A stretch of DNA of 12,249 bases. Source: Candidatus Thorarchaeota archaeon. GTDB taxonomy: Archaea; Asgardarchaeota; Thorarchaeia; Thorarchaeales; Thorarchaeaceae. The stretch's first letter is position 1. The number at the start of each line of letters is the position of its first letter. The stretch spans positions 1-12,249 of the forward strand of contig PRDJ01000058.1 in NCBI GenBank assembly GCA_003345555.1, in the 5' to 3' direction. A model generated the notes under the pieces. It worked only from the letters and a program-made list of their open reading frames with translations. It was not told the origin of the DNA and did not search any database. A program made the translations under genes and the position numbers. Positions 1 through 5,950 of the stretch are shown one piece after another.

Positions 1-2
1 CG

Positions 3-77
3 GAGAACAAGGAGAAGGTAGCAGTAGTAGAGCGGGTTGTGGGCGACGCGCTCGATCTGAGCAAACTAGGATTGTAG
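3..77 (+). CDS. 3' end of an upstream gene (partial, product unknown)
   Basis: Frame 3 reads ENKEKVAVVERVVGDALDLSKLGL then TAG at 75-77. Composition is protein-like and a hairpin follows immediately. Family not recognised. Confidence 0.6.
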   Translation, partial: ENKEKVAVVERVVGDALDLSKLGL

Positions 78-102
78 GAGGAGGCGGGGTGCGCCTACTT
101 CC
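77..102 (+). terminator. Hairpin directly after the upstream stop codon, possible terminator
   Basis: GGAGG-AGGCG (77-86) pairs with CGCCT-A-CTTCC (92-102), with one G-U pair and one bulge. No strong U-tract. Confidence 0.3.
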
Positions 103-250
103 AGTTGGAGCACACCGTCCGCCGGGAGTAGCTCTGCGTGCTCCGCATCTGTTCAATCCCATGACAGATAAGTGACCTTGTATGTCGTGGCAACTATCTA
201 GCTGATACCCTGATGCATTTTGAATATACTACTCGAGTCGTATTGATGCA

Positions 251-267
251 GAGATTCAGCGAATCTC
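251..267. terminator. Perfect 7-bp inverted repeat overlapping the stop codon of the propeller gene
   Basis: GAGATTC (251-257) agc GAATCTC (261-267). The - strand TGA stop is at 266-268. Confidence 0.3.
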
Positions 268-1918
268 AGCGGGGATTCCTTCTCTTCATGAGCATTACCG
301 CCACAATAACAATGGCAGCTATTGCCACTCCTACTCCGCCCATTATGATGGTCAAGGGGGTTGTCGTCGCTGTCGTTGCGCTCGGACTGTTTGAGACTCC
401 TCCGTAGAGGTTCAGGTCGTCGTGGGCTTGCACTGCAAACCAGTACTCGGTTGCTGAAGTCAAGCCTGAGACCATGTGGGTCTCCATGGTACAATTCCTT
501 GCTGGTGTCCAAGACTGTGGGTAAGTTGTCGCTGAGTTCCAGTTGGCATCTGTTATTGGTCCCGACGTGGAGTACTTGACCATGTAGCCTGTGGCATTAC
601 CTCTCATCCAATTGTCTCCCGGTGCAGTCCATGTCAATACGATGGAGTCGCTCGTGGGACTCCCTGCACTCAGATCGCTTATTGTTGAAGGAGGCGTCGC
701 GTCGCCGGTTTTCACTAGCCAGAACTCATTCTGTCCAGCGCCAAAGGAATTAGTGGCTCCTGCTATGACATATCCCCCGTCAGAAGTCTCTTGAACGGAT
801 TCCGCCGACTCATAGCCACTTCCTCCGTATGTCTTGCCCCATTGCTGGTTACCTGACGGGTCAGTCTTCACAAGCCAGAAGTCACCGCTGCCAGCGTCAT
901 AGTGTGCGATTCCAGCTATGATATATCCGCCTTCGGAAGTCTGGCGAACGGAATACGCCCACTCATCGATGGTTCCTCCGTATGTCTTGTTCCATTGCTG
1001 GTTACCTGACGAGTCAGTCTTGACGAGCCAGAAGTCAGCCCCACCAGCGCCAAAGGATTTTGTTGACCCTGCTATCATGTATCCGCCGTCCGAAGTCTGT
1101 TGAGCGGAATACACCCAATCATCAGCGGTTCCACCGCATGTCTTGCTCCATTGCTGTTTTCCCGATGAGTCGGTCTTCACGAGCCAGAAGTCACCTCCGC
1201 CAGCGCCAAAGGAATCTGTGGTTCCTGCCATGATGTATCCGCCGTCAGGAGTCTGCTGAACGGAATGCGCCCGGTCATAATCTGTTCCTCCGTATGTCTT
1301 GTTCCACTGCTGTTTTCCCGACGAGTCGGTCTTCACGAGCCAGAAGTCACCCCCGCCTGCGCCAGAGAAATCTGCGGTTCCTGCTATGACATATCCGGCG
1401 TCGGAAGTCTGCCTAACGGAATATGCCAACTCATAGCCACTTCCTCCGTATGTCTTGTTCCACTGCTGTTCACCTGATGAGTCGGTCTTCACGAGCCAGA
1501 AGTCATCTTGGCCCGCGCCAAAGGAGTATGTGGCTCCCCCTATGATGTATCCGCCATCGGAAGTCTGTTGAACAGAATACGCCCAGTCATAATCCGTTCC
1601 TCCGTATGTCTTGTTCCATTGCTGTTTTCCTGACGAGTCGGTCTTCACAAGCCACATATCCTGTAGGCCAGCGCCAAAGGAGTATGTGGTTCCTGCTATG
1701 ATGTATCCGCCGTCGGAAGTCTGCTGAACAGAATACGCCCAGTCACTGCTGGTTCCTCCATACAGCTTGTTCCACTCAGTTTGTGGCGGAGGTATTGTGG
1801 CGAGTGCTGTTCTTGGCATTGCTTGGGTTTGGCTGTTGTTTGCCGTCGGTACATAAAGTGGTGTCGCAATCGCGACGAGCATGGTCGCCACTACAACCAA
1901 CATGCACACCAATCTCAT
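266..1918 (-). CDS. Secreted/cell-surface protein: signal peptide, 7-bladed beta-propeller, fibronectin type III-like domain, C-terminal TM anchor
   Basis: Hydrophobic N-terminus (MRLVCMLVVVATMLVAIA). Seven 51-52 aa repeats (QQWNKTYGG...SVQQTSDGGYIIAG...DFWLVKTD). FN3-type segment (TPPSTISDL...LTWTAPGD...Y..KYS...L...TEYWFAVQAHD...SN). Thr-rich linker, TM helix LTIIMGGVGVAIAAIVIVAVML and basic tail KRRNPR. Seven N-X-S/T sequons. ATG at 1918 is preferred over the TTG at 1924 used by the ORF track. Confidence 0.9.
   Translation of the reverse strand: MRLVCMLVVVATMLVAIATPLYVPTANNSQTQAMPRTALATIPPPQTEWNKLYGGTSSDWAYSVQQTSDGGYIIAGTTYSFGAGLQDMWLVKTDSSGKQQWNKTYGGTDYDWAYSVQQTSDGGYIIGGATYSFGAGQDDFWLVKTDSSGEQQWNKTYGGSGYELAYSVRQTSDAGYVIAGTADFSGAGGGDFWLVKTDSSGKQQWNKTYGGTDYDRAHSVQQTPDGGYIMAGTTDSFGAGGGDFWLVKTDSSGKQQWSKTCGGTADDWVYSAQQTSDGGYMIAGSTKSFGAGGADFWLVKTDSSGNQQWNKTYGGTIDEWAYSVRQTSEGGYIIAGIAHYDAGSGDFWLVKTDPSGNQQWGKTYGGSGYESAESVQETSDGGYVIAGATNSFGAGQNEFWLVKTGDATPPSTISDLSAGSPTSDSIVLTWTAPGDNWMRGNATGYMVKYSTSGPITDANWNSATTYPQSWTPARNCTMETHMVSGLTSATEYWFAVQAHDDLNLYGGVSNSPSATTATTTPLTIIMGGVGVAIAAIVIVAVMLMKRRNPR
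708..1780 (-). repeat. Intragenic tandem repeat, 7 units of 156 bp (one of 153 bp)
   Basis: The anchor motif AC[G/A/T]AGCCA recurs at 714, 870, 1023, 1179, 1335, 1491 and 1647 (spacings 156, 153, 156, 156, 156, 156). 1587-1654 and 1275-1342 are identical at 64 of 68 nt. Confidence 0.95.
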
Positions 1919-1984
1919 CTGCAAATCTCATCCTACCCTTCCTTTCTATGATTGGAGACCCGTGGGGTCTGCCGTGGCATGAGA

Positions 1985-2013
1985 CGCCAGAGGTTATCTA
2001 GATTCCTCTGGCG
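1985..2013. repeat. 29-bp near-perfect palindrome
   Basis: CGCCAGAGG (1985-1993) / CCTCTGGCG (2005-2013) enclose an internal perfect palindrome ATCTAGAT (1996-2003). Confidence 0.9.
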
Positions 2014-2066
2014 ATTTTCTCGGTATTGTTGTGATAATATGAGAACAAGACCAACAGAGATCTCAT
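1998..2066 (-). pseudogene. Truncated flavodoxin-like gene remnant (22 codons)
   Basis: Translates as MRSLLVLFSYYHNNTEKIARGI*. This resembles, from recalled consensus, the flavodoxin N-terminus: first beta-strand, S-x-(H)H-x-N-T-E-K-I-A FMN phosphate loop, start of helix 1. An SD-like GGTG lies about 9-12 nt upstream. The stop falls in the centre of the palindrome. Confidence 0.65.
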
Positions 2067-2144
2067 TGGCAACACACCGTGTTCTTTTCTGGTTCGGCTG
2101 AAATGGCACGGACTATCGAGTTATGTGCCGAACAAGCACGGAGT

Positions 2145-2699
2145 CTAGTCTTTTCTAAGAAACCCGATTACGTACATCGTCCCGAGAATCCCTACAATCA
2201 GTAAGACCCGTAGAAATGCTGTTAACAATGAGAATACTAGGTCATTGAATGTCCATGCTTGAAAGGCGAGGTTCCACCTACCAGTGGTCCACACGATGAT
2301 TAACCATACCAGTCCGACGAAGAAGGAGAAGCCATTGTCTCTCCGTGCTGATCTACCACGATGGGACCCTCCTTCGTATTCATTCCTCTCTTCTTCTGGC
2401 GACTTCTTGTACCACTGGAGATACACGACGGCCGCTGCCGGACCCGCCCAGCTCACCAGAAAGACAAGCTCCCATAGAATCAAAGTCAAGACAAATGTGA
2501 ATAGGTAGCCGACGGTCCATTCCCCAAACATGACTGGCACAAGTCCTGTCGTCTGTGCATCAGCCACAACTCGGAGGAATACGTAGATTGCCACGATAGC
2601 CGCTACTGCAATCGCTCCAATGAATGATAATGTCGCTTTCCCATGTCTTCTCAGGAACTTCTTCCACGCTTCATTGCTCGGCTCTTTGCTGCTTTCCAT
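2145..2699 (-). CDS. Hypothetical integral membrane protein (about 4 TM helices), 184 aa
   Basis: Four hydrophobic segments, a basic N-terminus (WKKFLRRH) and a charged loop (WYKKSPEEERNEYE...RGRSARR). Resembles an uncharacterised archaeal family, from memory only. Confidence 0.8.
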   Translation of the reverse strand: MESSKEPSNEAWKKFLRRHGKATLSFIGAIAVAAIVAIYVFLRVVADAQTTGLVPVMFGEWTVGYLFTFVLTLILWELVFLVSWAGPAAAVVYLQWYKKSPEEERNEYEGGSHRGRSARRDNGFSFFVGLVWLIIVWTTGRWNLAFQAWTFNDLVFSLLTAFLRVLLIVGILGTMYVIGFLRKD

Positions 2700-2836
2700 G
2701 GTTCATCCCTTCAACAAACCGCGAGGAACCCGTTTTGTAGTTTGCTTCCTACCATCTGAATCCACGTAGGCGCTCTGGACATGGCCTAGTGTCTTGTCTC
2801 TCCAACAGGTACTGCTTGAGCGTTTCTCGCAACACA

Positions 2837-2843
2837 TTTATCA
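2837..2843 (+). promoter_or_regulatory. TATA-like element for the nitroreductase operon
   Basis: TTTATCA about 50 nt upstream of ATG 2892. It is the most AT-rich hexamer in this spacer. Confidence 0.35.
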
Positions 2844-2866
2844 TCCATTTACTTCGATTGCCCTGT

Positions 2867-2886
2867 TCAACAGTCATGTTGAGGTG
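2867..2886 (+). promoter_or_regulatory. Inverted repeat TCAACA-N4-TGTTGA overlapping the RBS GAGGTG
   Basis: TCAACA at 2867-2872, TGTTGA at 2877-2882, GAGGTG at 2881-2886, ATG at 2892. Confidence 0.45.
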
Positions 2887-2891
2887 TATCA

Positions 2892-3707
2892 ATGGCTTCA
2901 CGAGGTTCTAAGGTAAAGCCGGCAGGCCCGGCGCCTACCGCTGAGAAACCAAAGATCGCAGAACAGCCCAAAGCCAAGGCCGAACCAGAGGCAAAAGGCC
3001 AGGTGCTACAGCAGCTGCAGTCTTTGAAACTCATACGGGAACGACGCTCGATTAGGGAGTTCACCGGCGAGAAAATCCCGGACGAACACATTGAGATGAT
3101 TCTTGAAGCAGCGCGTCATGCGCCCAGCCCCGAGAACATGCTCATGGTCCGGTTTGTTGTAATCAGGGACGACCAAGAGACAAAGGTGTTCCTTGCTGAC
3201 ATTGCTCAGGAGATGGCTCGACAGGCCTTCGGCGGAGCACCATTCGAGCTGACCAGCGGCCGGCTTTGGTACATTTCAGACCCGTACAGGGCGAGCCAGT
3301 ATGCCAAGCTGAGAGATGGCGACCTCTTCAGATATCCAGAGAAGAGTGACACAGTCATAATAGTCTGTGCCAGCGAAATGTGGCATGATGCAGCCTATCA
3401 GTATCCGAACGAGCTCTTCGGCTCTGTAGTAGCTGGAATGGCAATCATGAACATGTGGCTAGTGGCTACTGAGCTTGGATATGGCTGCGGATATGAGGCG
3501 CTGGTTTGTTCCGACCCCCGCCATGCCGAGCTCATAAGAGACAGGTTGGGAATACCCCCAATTTGGGCGCCGCTTACAGCTTTTTGCATTGGCAAGAAGA
3601 TCAGGACTCGCGAACTCGGTCCGAGCAGGCCTCCACTTGAGGGTCTGATGTATCAAGAGCGGTGGGGCTTACCATACAAACGCCTAGCGTTCAGGCAGGA
3701 GAAGTGA
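2892..3707 (+). CDS. Nitroreductase-family (FMN-binding) oxidoreductase with atypical motif and low-complexity N-terminal extension, 271 aa
   Basis: IRERRSIREFT, ILEAARHAPSPEN, MAIMNMWLVATELGYG and FCIG...R are hallmark nitroreductase-fold motifs. About 37 aa of K/P/A/E-rich N-terminus precede the domain. Confidence 0.88.
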   Translation: MASRGSKVKPAGPAPTAEKPKIAEQPKAKAEPEAKGQVLQQLQSLKLIRERRSIREFTGEKIPDEHIEMILEAARHAPSPENMLMVRFVVIRDDQETKVFLADIAQEMARQAFGGAPFELTSGRLWYISDPYRASQYAKLRDGDLFRYPEKSDTVIIVCASEMWHDAAYQYPNELFGSVVAGMAIMNMWLVATELGYGCGYEALVCSDPRHAELIRDRLGIPPIWAPLTAFCIGKKIRTRELGPSRPPLEGLMYQERWGLPYKRLAFRQEK

Positions 3708-3713
3708 TTCTGA

Positions 3714-3974
3714 ATGGAAGTAAGCTTTGACGAGAACATAATGAAGAAGCTCAAAGAGCTGTCCGAAGAAAGCGACCTGAGCCCCGAAGGTGTAATCGAA
3801 GTTGTGATGGCCCAATTCTGTGCGGAAAAGGGCGGCCGTGTCTACACCGGCCGTTGGTCCGGGGGTGAAGTGGCAGGAGAGAAGGGTATGCGCTATGTTG
3901 TGCAGTGGCCATTCAGACCCGGATTCTTGGAAGCTACAGGTGACCTTGTCAAGAAATGGAGGATGAAAGCGTAA
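3714..3974 (+). CDS. Small hypothetical protein, N-terminal ribbon-helix-helix-like segment, 86 aa
   Basis: 6 nt after the nitroreductase stop. MEVSFDENIMKKLKELSEESDLSPEGVIEVVMAQF fits the CopG/Arc RHH pattern (alternating strand, helix, turn, helix). The C-terminal region contains YVVQWPFRPGF. Confidence 0.8.
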   Translation: MEVSFDENIMKKLKELSEESDLSPEGVIEVVMAQFCAEKGGRVYTGRWSGGEVAGEKGMRYVVQWPFRPGFLEATGDLVKKWRMKA

Positions 3975-4246
3975 TGGCGAAGTTCAGAAAACACCCAAGT
4001 GGACAGTGGCCTTTCTATCCTAGATTGAAGGAAGGTGACATCCAGCACGAATACTGGACTAGCAAAAAGATGGTTCATCAGGCATTCATCAATGACCGCA
4101 AGGGCCGAATCGTTTTGTTGCTTGACGGGCCGAAGTACGACGCATTTCTAGACGTTGTGCGGAAGAAGAAAGGCAACATCTGGGCCAGTTCCGTCGATGC
4201 GGCAGTGCATGAGGCAGTTGACGAGTGGGTCGAGAAGGGGGCGTAG
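3974..4246 (+). CDS. Small hypothetical protein, C-terminal ribbon-helix-helix-like segment, 90 aa
   Basis: ATG overlaps the previous stop (TAATG, 3972-3976), so 3974 is preferred over 3956. N-terminal GQWPFYP. C-terminal RIVLLLDGPKYDAFLDVVRKKKG...VDAAVHEAVDEWVEK resembles archaeal RHH proteins. Confidence 0.8.
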   Translation: MAKFRKHPSGQWPFYPRLKEGDIQHEYWTSKKMVHQAFINDRKGRIVLLLDGPKYDAFLDVVRKKKGNIWASSVDAAVHEAVDEWVEKGA

Positions 4247-4249
4247 GAT

Positions 4250-4606
4250 GTGACACAGCTACAAGAGTTCTTTCAGTTCCTAGCTTCAAAAGTGAAGGAG
4301 AAAGATGACCTCAAGAAACTGCTGGCCGACTGGGTATTTCCAAACGACGGCAAAATCCTTCAGGTCTATACAGAGGAAGGTGCGCAATACATGGTTGTCA
4401 CAAAGGACAAGATCACTCTTCACGAAGGGACCTATCCCAGCCCTGATGTCATCTACAAAGCGAAGGCAGATACACTGCTCGGCATATTCACAGGACAGAT
4501 ACCCTTCAAGGACACCATGAAGGACGGCAGCCTCGAGGTAATCGGAAACGCGAATGAAAGCGATCCTCTTGCGAACCTGATTTTGGCCGCCATGATGGGT
4601 ATGTAG
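4250..4606 (+). CDS. SCP2 sterol/lipid-binding domain protein, 118 aa
   Basis: GTG start 3 nt after the previous stop. PSPDVIY...DTLLGIFTGQ...MKDGSLEVIGN matches the SCP2-fold C-terminal pattern (PD..i......f..i..G.......f..G.l.v.G). Confidence 0.82.
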   Translation: MTQLQEFFQFLASKVKEKDDLKKLLADWVFPNDGKILQVYTEEGAQYMVVTKDKITLHEGTYPSPDVIYKAKADTLLGIFTGQIPFKDTMKDGSLEVIGNANESDPLANLILAAMMGM

Positions 4607-4618
4607 GAGGAACCCGTT

Positions 4619-5743
4619 TTGGAAATCAAGAACATCGCTATCATCGGTTCAGGCCTCATGGGTTCAGGAATAGCCTATGTCTCCGCGTGGAACGGATACA
4701 ACGTCATTGTGGTGGATGTTGATCAGGCTGCGCTGGAAAGGGGTATGGAGCGACTTCGGTCTGACGTAATGACGGGCATTGAGAAAGGCAAGATGTCGAT
4801 GTCAGAGGCCGAAGGCCTCATGAGTCGACTCAAGAGCACCGTTAAGGTGGAGGACGCTGTCAAGGAAGCAGACTTGGTGGTCGAGGCCGTCTTCGAGAAC
4901 ATGGAAGTAAAGAAGAAGATCTTCGCCCAGATAGACAAGGCTGCTCCACCGCGCACGATTCTCGCAACAAACACCTCTTCCCTGAGCATTGATGAACTTG
5001 CCACGGCCACGAAGAGGCCCGAGAAGGTCATCGGTATGCACTACTTCAGCCCGGTTGCGTCCATGAAGCTTCTCGAGGTCGTTGTCGGCAAGAAGACTGC
5101 CGAAGAGACCGTACAGACAGCATTCGCCGTCGGAAAGAAGCAGGGCAAACTCCCAGTGAAAGCGAAGAACAGTCCTGGTTTCATTGTGAACCGGATACTG
5201 ATGCCCGTTCTCAGAGAGGCCATCTTTCTCTATGAGAAGGGAGTCGCGACCAAGGAAGAGATCGATACTGCTCTGACGACGATTGGCAAGTTCCAGGCAG
5301 GACCATTCACTCTTGGGGACTTTGTAGGTCTCGATATAGCCTATAACGCAATGAGCACTCTGTATAGAGAGCTCGGGGATTGCTTCAAGCCTCCTGAGAC
5401 GCTGAAGAAGCTGGTTGACGCTGGTTCACTGGGGATGAAATCGAAGAAGGGTTTCTACGCCTACGGTGGCGCAAAGTCCGAACCCGAGAAGCCCAAAGGG
5501 GCTGATCCCCAGATGCTGGTTAATCGAATCACGATTCCAGTGATTCGAGAGGCCATGATTCTAGTCGACCAAGGCATAGCCACCAAGGCTGACATAGATC
5601 AAGCTATGAAGCTAGGTGCAAGTTTCCCTGTTGGTCCCTTCGAAATGGCTGACAAGATTGGTCTTCCGAAGGTGAAGGCAGAGATTCAAAAGCTCCAGAA
5701 GGAACTTGGTCCCTGCTACAGCGTGCCCAAGATGCTGGGTTAG
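4619..5743 (+). CDS. 3-hydroxyacyl-CoA dehydrogenase (NAD-binding domain + two tandem C-terminal domains), 374 aa
   Basis: TTG start with SD GGAGG at 4606-4610. IGSGLMGSGIA Rossmann motif, VVEAVFEN, ATNTSSL, catalytic GMHYFSP...LLEVV. C-domain copies begin PGFIVNR (5174) and PQMLVNR (5507), each with ID...GPF...D..GL. Confidence 0.95.
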   Translation: MEIKNIAIIGSGLMGSGIAYVSAWNGYNVIVVDVDQAALERGMERLRSDVMTGIEKGKMSMSEAEGLMSRLKSTVKVEDAVKEADLVVEAVFENMEVKKKIFAQIDKAAPPRTILATNTSSLSIDELATATKRPEKVIGMHYFSPVASMKLLEVVVGKKTAEETVQTAFAVGKKQGKLPVKAKNSPGFIVNRILMPVLREAIFLYEKGVATKEEIDTALTTIGKFQAGPFTLGDFVGLDIAYNAMSTLYRELGDCFKPPETLKKLVDAGSLGMKSKKGFYAYGGAKSEPEKPKGADPQMLVNRITIPVIREAMILVDQGIATKADIDQAMKLGASFPVGPFEMADKIGLPKVKAEIQKLQKELGPCYSVPKMLG

Positions 5744-5755
5744 GATACAATCTAA

Positions 5756-5792
5756 GGTGGCAGAGCCCTGACTCTGCCATCATTCTCTTTCT
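5756..5792 (+). terminator. Hairpin + pyrimidine tract after the dehydrogenase
   Basis: TGGCAGAG (5758-5765) / CTCTGCCA (5772-5779), extendable to 10 bp, followed by TTCTCTTTCT (5783-5792). Confidence 0.6.
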
Positions 5793-5895
5793 GGTCCAGC
5801 GGACATTGTTGAGGACTGCAGTTTCGCCGAGCCAATGCGTCGTCTCATGGTCAGTCCGGGCAGTCATGGAACACTAGCGCTTGACTGGCTTTGTG

Positions 5896-5903
5896 TTTAT
5901 AAG
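5896..5903 (+). promoter_or_regulatory. TATA box for enoyl-CoA hydratase 1
   Basis: TTTATAAG is a good archaeal TATA consensus, about 48 nt upstream of ATG 5951. SD-like GGTGG at 5938-5942. Confidence 0.6.
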
Positions 5904-5950
5904 GTGGCTCTTCTCTCGTCAGCACAATTCCACTATAGGTGGTTGAAAAG

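Noticed and set aside
198-512. 104-aa - strand ORF and the + strand ORFs inside 266-1924
   Set aside because: They are alternative-frame or antisense shadows of the well-supported surface-protein gene.
708-1780. Repeat array as CRISPR array or DGR template/variable repeats
   Set aside because: Units are in-frame 156-bp coding repeats with no spacers. Differences between units are not adenine-specific, and there is no reverse transcriptase or cas gene in the window.
3705-3713. TGA-TTC-TGA after the nitroreductase as selenocysteine recoding
   Set aside because: Readthrough would add only two residues, and no SECIS-like element was identified.
3714-4246. Toxin-antitoxin interpretation of the two small genes
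   Set aside because: No PIN, RelE/ParE, HEPN or MazF features are recognisable in either protein, both look RHH-like, and they sit mid-way in a metabolic operon. Not formally excluded.
4248-4253. ATG-TGA start-stop overlapping the GTG start of the SCP2 gene
   Set aside because: Too short to distinguish from chance, although a role in reinitiation cannot be excluded.
5741-5950. Stop-codon readthrough or frameshift fusing HAD to ECH1
   Set aside because: TAG 5741 is followed by TAA four codons later, the ECH1 frame has TAG at 5936, and a terminator hairpin and TATA box lie in between.
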